Origin: Octopus bimaculoides | Lineage: Eukaryota | Length of the DNA: 64,000 nt | Direction of reading: 5' to 3' | NCBI RefSeq assembly: GCF_001194135.2 | Contig: NC_068986.1 | Location: 86,010,594-86,074,593 of the forward strand | Shown: positions 26,091-38,342 of the stretch, piece by piece | Layout: every line of letters begins with the position of its first letter | How positions within the stretch are numbered: position 1 is the first letter of the stretch | Made by a program: the position numbers and the translations under genes | Notes under the pieces: generated by a model | What the model was told of the DNA's origin: nothing | Database searches by the model: none | The model's input: only the letters and a program-made list of their open reading frames with translations

Positions 26091-26117
26091 TAGTAGTAGT
26101 ACTAGTAGTAGTAGTAG
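25990..26117. repeat. (CAG/CAGAAG)n to (TAG)n compound microsatellite
   Basis: Direct reading. Confidence 0.9.
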
Positions 26118-26902
26118 CGTTAATTCATGCTCTCTTGCCAAAAACAATCGGGGTGATGGTTCAATTCACGGCAACCATAATATTACATACAATAAGCCAG
26201 CAGTTAAGAAGTTCGCAATTTTTCCGCGCTAATGTATCGGGTCGTCGTGTGACAAGGGATGAAATAAATGAGACAGAGACATATTTCATTTATTCCGCTT
26301 TCATAAAGCCGTATAGACAACAAGAACACCAACAGCAACGCCATTACCGATAAAAGGAAAAAGAAGAACAGCAACAAACGCAATATTACAAACAGCAATA
26401 GCATCATCGTTAATAACTCCAACAAACAATTTATCGTGCAATAATAAAAAGGTCACAGGAATTATCATAAAGGATAGAACGATTAAAAATCTTGCAATAA
26501 AACACAATCTTGATCCCGATAATCGGTGACAATAGAAGACTGTGCGGTCACGTGCTAGATGGATGATAGGTGAATGTGAGTGGGGAGAGGTCGTATGTAG
26601 GAGTCATGACAATGTGTGGTGTATGTGTGTGTGTGTATTTGTGTGAAAGTGCGTGTAGAATATGGTGGAATAGCGGAGTATGGTGATGGTGGAAAAGTAA
26701 TGATGTGCAGGTTAGTGGTGTGTTAGGTAGGAAAACTCGCTATATTTTGGTCATAATACCAACCACGCGGAATGGATCATGGGATATATGTGCATTTGTC
26801 TTCGTTTGTGTTTCATTGAAGGCATTCGCTTATATCTGTACATTCATATTCATGCGCGTGCGTGTGAAAATATATTCACACGTAGATATATTTATATCTA
26901 TA

Positions 26903-27397
26903 TTACTCTATTACTTGTTTCAGTGATTTGACTGCGGCCATGCTGGAGCACCGCCTTTAGTCGAGAAAATCGACCCGAGGACTTATTCTTTGGAAGCGTA
27001 GTACTTATTCTATCGGATTTTTTTGCCGAACCGCTAAGTTACAGGGACTTAAACACACCAGCATCGGTTGTCAAGCGATGTTGTGGGGACAAACACAGAC
27101 ACACAAACACGCACATATATATATATATATATATATANNNNNNNNNNNNNNNNNNNNNNNNNNNNNNNNNNNNNNNNNNNNNNNNNNNNNNNNNNNNNNN
27201 NNNNNNNNNNNNNNNNNNTATATATACATATACACGACGGGCTTCTTTCAGTTTCCGTCTACCAAATCCACTCAAAAGGCTTTGGTCGGCCCGTGGCTAT
27301 AGTAGAAGACACTGGCCCAAGGTGCCACGCAGTGGGACTGAACCCGGAACAATGTGGTTGGTAAGCAAGCTACTTACCACGCAGCCACTCCTGCGCC
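26903..27397 (-). mobile_element. SINE family A, full length, internal (TA)n broken by an assembly gap
   Basis: Tail 26903-27110; head 27235-27397, rc ggcgcaggagtggctgcgtggtaagtagcttgc. Confidence 0.92.
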
Positions 27398-27440
27398 TAA
27401 AGCGCCAAACGTGGGCGCTTTATATGTAAATATATATTTA

Positions 27441-28190
27441 TACAAGGTATGATCAATAAGTATCCGGACAGTTGCCATAGTAACAAACCTGAAGCACGCA
27501 GAGTGAAACATCTTGGCACAAATTGATCTTGAACTCTGCTGTGCATGCGCATAAGTTTAAAACGTTCTAGCTCACTGCCTCTATTGACAGCAGTGCTTGG
27601 AAAAAAGGTGTGTAACGTGTGATCGTCGCATTGACTATGACTGAGATAGTTGACATCGCGATACTTGCTCAGAGGTCCGCACAAATTATCAGAACGTGTA
27701 TGAAGAGGAGTGTATGAGCCATGCACAGGTGTACGAGTGGTTCAGACGTTTCCAAGAAGGCAAAATAAAAAAATTCGATATACATGAACGTTTTGAGAGT
27801 TCCGCAACCAGCAGAACTGAGAAAAGCATCGCAGATGTGAGTGCAGCTGTAAGCGGAATTTCGTCGAATCGCAATCCGTGAGTTATCGGAGGATGAGCAA
27901 ATTACTTACGGTCCAGTTCAGTCCATTATCGCTGATCAAAAAAGATACCCGGGTTTCAGTTGCAGAAGGTCTCATTGACTGTGTCGAGAACGATGAGAAC
28001 TATTCGAAAACTGCGTAGGATTGTGAACAAATATCGTGAAGCTTTTGGCAAAATTTGAGTGCAGATTCTCTGCTCAACATTCTCTGTCATATTCAATGCG
28101 ACGATCACACGCTGCACACCTTTATTCCAAGCACTTTTGTAAACAGCGGATGTGAGTTAGGATCTTAAAACTTAGTGCGCATGCACAGCA
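27441..28190 (+). mobile_element. Mariner-type element remnant with long internal inverted repeat
   Basis: TIR-like start TACAAGGTATGATCAATAAGTATCCGGAC; HTH fragment YEEECMSHAQVYEWFRRFQEG..SATSRTEKSIADV; 27537-27646 is the reverse complement of 28081-28190. Confidence 0.8.
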
Positions 28191-28273
28191 TAAGTGATGG
28201 TCATTCAGCACTAAGCAGCTTCCGTCTGCGTGCTTTAGCTTCATTACTATGGCAATAGTCCGTATACTTATAT

Positions 28274-28324
<51 letters not shown>

Positions 28325-28939
28325 NNNNNNNNNNNNNNNNNNNNNNNNNNNNNNNNNNNNNNNNNNNNNNNNNNNNNNNNNNNNNNNNNNNNNNNNNNNN
28401 NNNNNNNNNNNNNNNNNNNNNNNNNNNNNNNNNNNNNNNNNNNNNNNNNNNNNNNNNNNNNNNNNNNNNNNNNNNNNNNNNNNNNNNNNNNNNNNNNNNN
28501 NNNNNNNNNNNNNNNNNNNNNNNNNNNNNNNNNNNNNNNNNNNNNNNNNNNNNNNNNNNNNNNNNNNNNNNNNNNNNNNNNNNNNNNNNNNNNNNNNNNN
28601 NNNNNNNNNNNNNNNNNNNNNNNNNNNNNNNNNNNNNNNNNNNNNNNNNNNNNNNNNNNNNNNNNNNNNNNNNNNNNNNNNNNNNNNNNNNNNNNNNNNN
28701 NNNNNNNNNNNNNNNNNNNNNNNNNNNNNNNNNNNNNNNNNNNNNNNNNNNNNNNNNNNNNNNNNNNNNNNNNNNNNTGTGTGTGTGTGTGTTTGTGTAT
28801 GTGTGTGTGTATTTTTATACATCTCTTTAGCATAAATATAAACAAGTATTGTTGTTGTTGTTGTTGTTGTTGTTGTTCTTCTTCTTCTTCTTCTTCTTCT
28901 TCTTCTTCATCATCCTCCACCTCCTCCTCCTCCTCCTCC

Positions 28940-28970
<31 letters not shown>

Positions 28971-28980
28971 TATTGAATGA

Positions 28981-29240
28981 GAGAGCAGTGCATGCTATCA
29001 AGTGACACTGGGGTAAAATGTACAAAGCCCATTATACCCATCATGACTACCCGTCTGAAATGGGTACATGAGGTACATGCATCACAACTATATGAGAGAG
29101 ACTTAGTGATCTCATATCAAGATAAACAGCGCATGACCATGCAGGTGGTGCCCGGTTAGAATTTTCTTCAGGTTCATGAACAAAACACCCATGTTTTCAA
29201 AGGTGAATTATCCAAACCCTAAAGAATTTCTCTCATTACA
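28981..29240. repeat. Probable interspersed repeat fragment (likely retroelement UTR) embedded between microsatellites
   Basis: GC-richer island gagagcagtgcatgc...catgactacccgtctg...gaattttcttcagg that I recall as a common octopus repeat; only one copy here, so not verifiable within the window. Confidence 0.35.
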
Positions 29241-29364
29241 TGACTATACATACATACATACATACATACATACATACATACATACATACATAGTCACATA
29301 CATACATACATACATACATAAATACGTACATATATACATACATACATGCATACATGCATATATA

Positions 29365-29587
29365 TACTCTTTTACTCTTTTACTTGTTTCAGTCATTTGA
29401 CTGTGGCCATGCTGGAGCACCGCCTTTAGTCGAGTAAATCGACCCCAGGACTTATTCTTTGGATGCCTAGTACTTACTCTATCGGTCTCTTTTTGCCGAA
29501 CCGCTAAGTTACGGGGACGTAAACACACCACCATCGGTTGTCAAGCGATGTTTGGGGGACAAACACACACACACACACACACACACA

Positions 29588-29619
<32 letters not shown>
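29365..29619 (-). mobile_element. SINE family A tail plus internal microsatellite
   Basis: Near-identical to 2393-2640 and 7318-7540. Confidence 0.9.
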
Positions 29620-30146
29620 NNNNNNNNNNNNNNNNNNNNNNNNNNNNNNNNNNNNNNNNNNNNNNNNNNNNNNNNNNNNNNNNNNNNNNNNNNNNNNNNN
29701 NNNNNNNNNNNNNNNNNNNNNNNNNNNNNNNNNNNNNNNNNNNNNNNNNNNNNNNNNNNNNNNNNNNNNNNNNNNNNNNNNNNNNNNNNNNNNNNNNNNN
29801 NNNNNNNNNNNNNNNNNNNNNNNNNNNNNNNNNNNNNNNNNNNNNNNNNNNNNNNNNNNNNNNNNNNNNNNNNNNNNNNNNNNNNNNNNNNNNNNNNNNN
29901 NNNNNNNNNNNNNNNNNNNNNNNNNNNNNNNNNNNNNNNNNNNNNNNNNNNNNNNNNNNNNNNNNNNNNNNNNNNNNNNNNNNNNNNNNNNNNNNNNNNN
30001 NNNNNNNNNNNNNNNNNNNNNNNNNNNNNNNNNNNNNNNNNNNNNNNNNNNNNNNNNNNNNNNNNNNNNNNNNNNNNNNNNNNNNNNNNNNNNNNNNNNN
30101 NNNNNNNNNNNNNNNNNNNNNNNNNNNNNNNNNNNNNNNNNNNNNN

Positions 30147-30185
<39 letters not shown>

Positions 30186-30926
30186 GTGTCAGCACAGATG
30201 CAGCTATAATGGAGTGTGTATGCTATATGCACAACTCGTTGCGTCTACTACCTCTGTTACAATAGCCAGCAGCACACGCAATCACTGTGATATTGTGATG
30301 CGCAGATCTATGCAGACATGGTAGAAATACAGAGAAGTGTGTGACGTATCCACTAACTCTACTGAATGGACCAATGACAAGTGAGACTGCAGACAAGAGA
30401 TTTAACCCAATGTCCCAGAAACAGATGTCTTTATTGTGTTGTCTATCCGCCACCTTTCGCAACCCCGATTCTTATTTTACAATAAAATAAAAGACGACGG
30501 AGAGATGATATAATCATTTTTAATATGATGACTTATAGTTTTGACATTAATGTTTTCGTCTCCTATAATGGCTTGAGAACTTTCAGCTACACCATCAAGC
30601 CGCACCACACCCCAGTAGCACAACAAAACACTGCCCCTGCTACACTATATTTCATTCTCATCCCTCCTACGACACACAAAAGTAAGCCAGGCTGAAGAAT
30701 CACTACATGTCACAATTGTACTTAAACACCCATCTCCGACGCTATAACGAACACTGCATATCCCCTCACCATCATCGCTGTTATGAATACAATGAGAATT
30801 ATCATAGTGTTGATGCTTCTAATCTCTGAGATGGTGATGGTGTTTGTGATGGTGGTGGCAGTGTAGGTGATGAAGTTAAGAATAATAGCTGTTTACATTG
30901 TGGCAATGATGTTGGGCGACAATTAG

Positions 30927-31668
30927 AGACGACGAAGCTTCACTATTTTATGTTATGACGATATTAAGATACTGGAATTAGAAAATAGTAAACTAAGGAA
31001 AGAACTCGTTAAGGGATTACAAGAAGTGATGACAAATGTAATCGATTACGACGTCCTTGTATCGAAAATGGCGCTGGACCATGCATTGTTAGGCCCTAGC
31101 GCAAAATCAGAGAAATATAGGCGTGAATACCATTTGATGGGCATGTCTGGCTTAGATCTTTGGTGGACCGACGTGAGTATGTGCTAACCATTCGAAAATC
31201 AGTGTGACTAATCAGCTGTCTTTTGCCACATTCAAGTTCCGATATCTGAATGATATCGCTCTAGAAGTTTTATGTAAGGTATGGCTGGTATGCAGTAAAT
31301 AGGTTGAGTCGATGACCCTGCAGCATGGCACCCAGAGAAACAAGTCCGTGTTCGACGGTTGTTTGTCTTGTTCCAGTTAAAGTGCTTGGCTACTAGATAA
31401 GATAAAATGTCTGGATGCATAAAATTTAAGAAGTGGTCACACAAGAAGGTGGCTGCTATCGTTCACAAAATGGTGAGTAGGAGCTTTCGCTATAAGACTG
31501 GAGACAGAAGGCTTACAGTATGTTGTTTCGGGATTGCAGAACCACCGGACGAATTTAGAGCCTGACGATAATCATATGTGGTGTCCTGTGGTACAGACAC
31601 CTTCTGTTTATGAGGACGTTCATCTCTGCAAAATTCACGATATGCTGGTCTCCGAATGTCGCCTCTAA
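30927..31668 (+). pseudogene. Unidentified coding-like segment (fragmented reading frames)
   Basis: Stop-free stretches: 30927-31185 (..KILELENSKLRKELVKGLQEVMTNVIDYDVLVSKMALDHALLGPSAKSEKYRREYHLMGMSGLDLWWTD..), ..SVTNQLSFATFKFRYLNDIALEVLCKVW.. and ..IRLETEGLQYVVSGLQNHRTNLEPDDNHMWCPVV..; no recognisable family motif. Confidence 0.25.
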
Positions 31669-32230
31669 GAAAAATTAGATTCAAAGAAAATGTAAAGCGG
31701 GGTGGGTTGAAAAGATAAATAAATTGATTAGCTTCCTCATTACTTAATAAAAACAAGCCCTAACTTAAAAAAAAAAGTATTCGCTTTGAATTTAGCTCTA
31801 ATTGCTAAATGTTACAAGCGTGCAAATTTTAAATTCTCGAGTCACGAATCATTCATGATAGGAGTGATAGTTAAATAAAAAAATATATATCTACGTATAC
31901 GTATCGTCAATGTTTTCTATCAGCCATTTATATGATAGACATATCTGTCATATATATATTATTAATATAGTGATGTGTGCATGAACACATCTATACTCAC
32001 ACATCACATTAAGCTTATATATGTGTGTGTGTGTTATAATAAAAAGAGTTTTACATTAGATTTAAGGATTAATCACTACACCTGGTAGAGTACAAATATA
32101 TTATTCTCTTACAAGAAGGTATTGACAGTCCGATTATGGTTTAGCTGGTCGAAACTTCGAAGTCGCTGTCAATAGTATACTTGTTCGATATTATTACTCC
32201 TAATAATAGTATATGATCATCATATATACA

Positions 32231-33505
32231 TGCGAGAGGCTGCTGAAATGTTCCTGGCTTTGGGTAAAAGAAAATACAGAAAGATCAGTTAATTATGATT
32301 TTACTCAACATATTCCCCTCTCAGATCTGTATTTTTATTGCAGCGGACCTCCAGTTTTTCTAAGCCCTGTAAAAAGTGCTCGCACGGTTAGGCCTCCAGC
32401 CAGGCCGCTGTATGAGGGATCACTTCGGAATCAGAGTGAAATTTCATTTCCTTGAGATGTTTTTTTCAGTTGTGGAAAGAGGTGATAGCTGGCATGTGGT
32501 CAAGTCTGGAGAGTAAGGTGGGTGGTCTACTAACTCGAAGCTAAAGTCGCGTATTTTCCGCAAGGTTTCATGTGCTTTGTATGCTGGTGCCTTGTCCTGC
32601 AAAAGTAGGACATCACGGTTCAGATTTCCATGGCGTTTCTACTTCAAAGCATTACGCAGTTCATCCAGCGGAGATATGTAGTATTCTGCGTTGATGGTAC
32701 GACCCTTTGACAAGTATATTATGAGGAGTTCTTCGTATTTGCCCCAAAATACTGAAGCCAAAATCTTTTCAGCTGATTGAAGGATCCGAAACTTCTTAGA
32801 TGTGAAATATTTTGGCGCCACACCAGTCATTGCTACTTGCTCTGGGGATCATAATCATGAAGCCAAGTTTCGACTAATCAACTTCTCCCGCTGCAAGCCG
32901 CTTCTAAATCGCCTTTAATATCGTCACCCTCATGCGCTTCTGATCTGGGTCGAGGCATTTCGGCACCAATTTTGCGGAAAGCTTTCTCATATCATGAATT
33001 TTATGGATGATGTGGCCAACTCATTCATGGAAAATCTTCAGAATAACGACCATGACTTCAGCTGAAATCTGGTGGCCCTTGAGAATCATGACGTGCACAT
33101 CGTCTGCATTCTCTGTGGCCGTGGAAGTTGGTCGTCCGGACTGGCGTTCATCTGTGGCCTCGAAATTACCAGTCTGAAACCTCGATACTCAAGTCTTCAT
33201 TGTGGAGTAAGGTAGGTAGCCATCCTTGAAGACTTCATTCATCTCGCCATGGATTGCAGTCAGTCCCTTGCCTTGCAAAAAGAGGAACTTCATGGGCGCC
33301 CGTACTTCAATGTTACCAAACTCCACTGTAGGAGCTGTTGTTAAGTGTCAAATCTACAATAAAAAAGAAAGATATGTTGTATACAATCGTGATTTTTTTT
33401 TCAAAATTATTCTTAAATACTTGTCTTACCCCGGCCCTGTAAAAGTAACAGTTCTACCATTTCACTATCCCCTAAAAGCTACGAACTTTTCGGCACCACC
33501 TCGTG
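32231..33505 (-). mobile_element. Near full-length mariner (DD34D-type) transposon, ~1.27 kb, transposase pseudogene at ~33320-32301
   Basis: Matching TIRs tgcgagaggctgctgaaatgttcctggc and rc tcacgaggtggtgccgaaaagttcgtagc; motifs IEVRAPMKFLF, QSGRPTS, MRKLSAKLVP, SAEKILASVFW..TINAEYY, LLQDKAPA, HPPYSPDL, LRGEYVE*. Confidence 0.92.
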
Positions 33506-33703
<198 letters not shown>

Positions 33704-33819
33704 GTTAATATGATATAAATAAATGGAGAATATATATAGAGGATACTTAGTTAATTTTATTTGCATCAGGATGGAAATGAGTAATACATATAAGATTTGA
33801 AATTTCTCATATTAATATT

Positions 33820-33975
33820 ATGGATGATGTGGACAATCTTCAGAGTCTCGGCTATGACGTCAGCTGAAATCCGGTTGCCCTTAAAAATCATAACGTGCGC
33901 ATCGTTACATTTGACGTCTGTGGTCGTGGAAGTTGGTCGTGCTGATCGGCATTCACCTGTGACTTCGAAATAAAC
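33820..33975 (-). mobile_element. Internal fragment of the same mariner family
   Basis: tggatgatgtgg..aatcttcaga...tcagctgaaatc.gg...gtggtcgtggaagttggtcgt repeats 33003-33180. Confidence 0.8.
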
Positions 33976-34300
33976 ATCATAAATTTTTAACTTAGTCTAT
34001 TGAAATGCTAAATATATCCCATAAGATTTATGTTCATTTTCCCTCTCAAAAATGTATTTCATCTCTCAATTTGTCTTTAACAGCCCACAACAGCCCATAT
34101 CGTGACTAAATGACTACTTTATGTCCCTTAACCTATAGGTCTATTTTTCAAATAAATTTTAGTATTTGAGAAATATTTCATGAGATAATATCTCCTCACA
34201 CAACCTCGGCGTCCTAATAAATTATTGTTTACGTTATTTGAATATTTGAAAATACAGTCCTCATCTTACTTATTTCGTCGGTCATCACCGGGCAGTAAAC

Positions 34301-34408
34301 AACCTCTCTGATGATATCCGGACATAATGTGGAGATATTTTACATCTAAGATCGCTTGAAAGGTGATGATCTGAACCTAATACCCGGATTGAAACATATG
34401 TAGGATTC
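34301..34408 (+). ncRNA. Partly degenerate type I hammerhead ribozyme motif
   Basis: CTGATGA 34308-14; stem II atccgg/ccggat; GAAA 34391-94; palindromic C-ATAT-G; GUA 34400-02; weak stem I and a non-canonical 10.1-11.1 pair. Confidence 0.55.
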
Positions 34409-34665
34409 ATTTATGTGTATTTCTTCTGCTGATTCTGTTTCTTTAAATCTCAAATCTTATATGTATTACATACGTTCATCATGATACAAATAATATTCAC
34501 CAAGTATCCAGTATATTTCTTCTCCATTTTCTTATATCATATCACCTTTACACATTATTGGACAGTTTAACCATATATATTGCTGAACTTTCAATGTTTT
34601 TGATAACACTAGTTGATATCCGAATTTTTAAAAAAATCACTTACGAGGAAATAACATCTTGAATA

Positions 34666-34712
<47 letters not shown>

Positions 34713-34780
34713 CTAAATCACCGATTTGTTACACTCATATAGGTGTGCGTGTATGTATGTGTGTGTGCATGTGCGAACGT

Positions 34781-34839
<59 letters not shown>

Positions 34840-35893
34840 TAATACATTGATGATCCGCATATTTATTCTGAATACTGTTCATTCCGGCAGCTCCAAGCGC
34901 AAATATGCGAGTCATTGCTATGTAAGTCACAGGATAGCGACTTCCCCTTTTACCATGATAGTGTGGCCATAACACATTTAGCTAATTGACACAAGTGAAT
35001 CTGAGGCACAGGTGTTTCGACATGTATCATGTCAGTGAGACGTTCCCACTCCTTTGTGACTTTGTTAATAATTTCATACAAACATATCTACATACATAAC
35101 TATATATTCTGTTATTCCTTTATTCTCTTTATCGCTTCGGCCATGCTGCTACAGCCTTGATGGAGCAGCACCATGCGTTTGTACTTTTACATATTATTAT
35201 TCTTCCGTTGATTGCTTCAAGGAGGAAGAATTCCATATCCTTCTGCTCTTCGTTTGTTGGTCTGTATAAATAAGGTCAGCAGTTGGAATAACCGTCTAAG
35301 GGATAAGAATATCCGTTCAATAGGTCAATCCCGTAACGGACAACAGGTAGTTGGTTTCTGGAATATTTCAATAAGTACACCATTATAAAAACTTTATGGG
35401 TTTGGTTTTGAATAAATATTAATTAGCTCCTTTTACGAAATCATAAGTACTATCCATTTTCTAGATATATTGGCGTTTCCTGTTTTACTCTTGAACTAGC
35501 TTTCTTTTACTATTAATTATACACCCTGGTACCCCTATATAAAGAGATAACCCCAAAATTATTTCCCTAGTTTATTTGCTAGTTTACTCTTTTGCCTATC
35601 GACATGGAGCTTTACATTCCAAAATGGTATGATTTTAATATATTGAGCCTTCTGGCCTCACCTCGAGGACTAGTTCTTTCCTCTTCTCTCTTCCCATCTT
35701 TTATTTTCTAATTTTCTTTCTAGGCGCCGAATGACATTGTAGGCACCAAATGACATTGCAGACGAAACGGTTGTAAGAAATGTTACGTTCCGTATTAAAA
35801 AAATAATTAACGGATGTTGCTCAATTTGTTTGTTTGTAGATCAAAAGGTTTCCCCATTTTCTGCTTATTTTAAATTTTACACACATACACACA

Positions 35894-35946
<53 letters not shown>

Positions 35947-36290
35947 TTATTTATAGGAAAAAAGAGATTTTCCACATTTATAATTTTCTAATGTATTTAT
36001 TTACAGTATGCATGTATGCATGTATGTATGCATAATGCGTGTATAGCCAGTCTTTTAATGTACAGTGACACATATAGTTAATTCAGAAACATGCAATTAT
36101 ATTTTAATCATTCTATGATCTGCGGAATTTAAATCATCCATTCCTGTATACATCCACAGCCTCAAACGTACCTGGAACTGTCACGATACTACGCACAGTA
36201 TTCGATATTTTAAATACATTAAATTACATATCTAATATTTACTGATCAAACATATTCTTGATTGATCTTTAGCATTTAGCAAAGGCTACT

Positions 36291-36497
36291 AGCCGGCAGA
36301 ATCGTGAGCACGCCGGACAAAATGCTTAGTGGTATTTCTGTCGCTATGTTCTGAGTTCAAATTCCATCGAGGTCGACTACGCCTTTCATCATTTCGGGGT
36401 CGATGAAATAAGTATCAGTTACGCACTGGGGTCGATAAAATCGACTAACACCCTCCCCAAAAATTTCAGGCCCGGTGCCTTTAGTAGAAAGGATATT
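36291..36497 (+). mobile_element. SINE family B, well preserved
   Basis: tagccggcagaatcgtgagcacgccggacaaaatgcttag...gagttcaaattcc...ctttcatcatttcggggtcgat...agtagaaaggat. Confidence 0.9.
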
Positions 36498-36510
36498 TAG
36501 TATTTAACAA

Positions 36511-36725
36511 AATGGCGCGACATGGTAGAATCATTACCAAGTTGCGAAAAAGGCTTACCAGCATTTCGTTTGTGTTTACGTTCAGAGTTCAAATTCCACC
36601 GAAGTCAATTTTGTATTTCATCCTTTAAGGGTCTATGGAATAGGTACCAGTTGAGCACTGCATTTGATGTAATGGACTTACTCCGTCCTCCGAAACTGCT
36701 AGCATTCAACCAAAATTTGAAAACA
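36511..36725 (+). mobile_element. SINE family B, second tandem and more diverged copy
   Basis: Same module order directly downstream of 36291-36497. Confidence 0.8.
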
Positions 36726-36871
36726 ATTTTTAGCCTTTAACAAATTTTGTACAAAAATCAACTGCTGTTATAATTGACATTTTTTCTCCATCTCTGTTTA
36801 TGCTAGCAATAATGTCTGTAAGCACATATAATTAAATCTATGTGTGTATTTCTCTGTATGTCCACCTGCCT

Positions 36872-36926
<55 letters not shown>

Positions 36927-36984
36927 TATGAATATGCATATCGACACCTCCATCTAACTAATCTACACACATACACACACCCAT

Positions 36985-37051
<67 letters not shown>

Positions 37052-37817
37052 GCCATGTATATGATTACACAGAAACATGTGTGTTTGTGCGTGTGTATAT
37101 GTATATAGGAGAGATAGTATGATATGTAGGAAGTGTGGTGTCTGGTCTGACAGAATGATTGAATGTTTATTATCCATACACTTATTCACGTATGGATATG
37201 ATTGGATATATAGAGTAATTAAAAAATAAAGGGTTTCGTTGCTTTTTCGAATGAAATCGCAAATGATATGCACTTTTATTCATCACTGAAGCCAGGAAAC
37301 ACAGCATCCCTCATCTCTTTGTAATTAATTGCAGTCACGATGGATGGCCAGGACATGAAAACAATATAAATTAAATTTGAAAATTACAAATAAATAAATA
37401 AATAAACTAATGTATACTGTATAACAAACATACTATATAAAAATTAATCAGAAGGCAAAAAACAGACACGTTATATTTGAAATATGTGTTCTCACTCATC
37501 TTTAATGTTTGTACTGCCCATCACATCCCCACATACACTATTATCATCACCAAACCCACCACAGCTACTACTTTCCATAACTATTAGAATTACTGTAATT
37601 ACGGTAATAGTAGCTTCGACCTGAAGAAGTAATAACAAGATTGTCAAGAATAAATTCAATAAATATCAGCACAACTACTATGACTTCAGTTTATATAGCA
37701 ACAACTCTACACGGCAATGACCTCCGTGCCAGCAACCACTATCATACTAACACTAACACAATGACTATTCCGATAACTATGGAACACTCAGTAGGACATC
37801 TTACCTTTGTGCGTCAT

Positions 37818-38136
37818 ATGAATGGAGGTGTGACTGAGTATACATGAAATTCGCAAACTTGAGATTCCGGGTCGATCTCACTCCGTGGCGTTCTGGGCAA
37901 GTGACGTTTACTACCCGAACCTCGTGACTGAATTTGGATAGGTGGAAATTGTATAGAAGCCACTCAAAAGAACTGCACCCACGAGGGGGTTCTGAACAGA
38001 TCCTGGATTTAAGGTTATCGCGAAAGGCCTGGCTGGAAGCCCAACCTTCCGAGTCTTTATACAGGTATTAGAATATCTAAAGGACCGCTGCAGTAAGTGT
38101 GTGAATCTGAGAGGGGAATATTTTGAATAAAATCAA
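37818..38136 (+). mobile_element. Composite: family-A-like SINE head fused to a mariner MITE
   Basis: atgaatggaggtgtgactgagt...ctgggcaagtg...ggaaatt..caaaagaactg, then TIR-like acgagggggttctgaacagatcctgg and the mariner 3' segment ggcctggctggaagccc...ctgagaggggaatattttgaataaaatc. Confidence 0.75.
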
Positions 38137-38152
38137 AATATTCCACTCTCAG

Positions 38153-38342
38153 TTTCGGGAAAGAGGCTAAGTCGATTAGATCGACCCCAGTTCTCATCTG
38201 GTACTTATTTCGTCGAACGCCACACTCGGAAAGGATTAAAGCAAAGTCGACCTCAGTGGAATTTGAACTCAACTCGTAAAGACGGTCGAAATACTGCTAA
38301 ACATTATTTGCGGCTTGCTAACGATTCTGCTAGCTCGCTGCT
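38153..38342 (-). mobile_element. SINE family B
   Basis: aagtcgattagatcgaccccagt...aaagcaaagtcgacctcagtggaatttgaactc...ctaacgattctgctagctcgc. Confidence 0.85.

Noticed and set aside
35005-35040. Minus-strand ctgacatg-ata-catgtc-gaaac hairpin
   Set aside because: The CUGANGA core is incomplete and there is no stem I
35720-35770. Two to three 19-bp tandem units (taggcgccgaatgacattg)
   Set aside because: Too short for an array; no spacers, so not CRISPR-like; probably subterminal repeats of a decayed element
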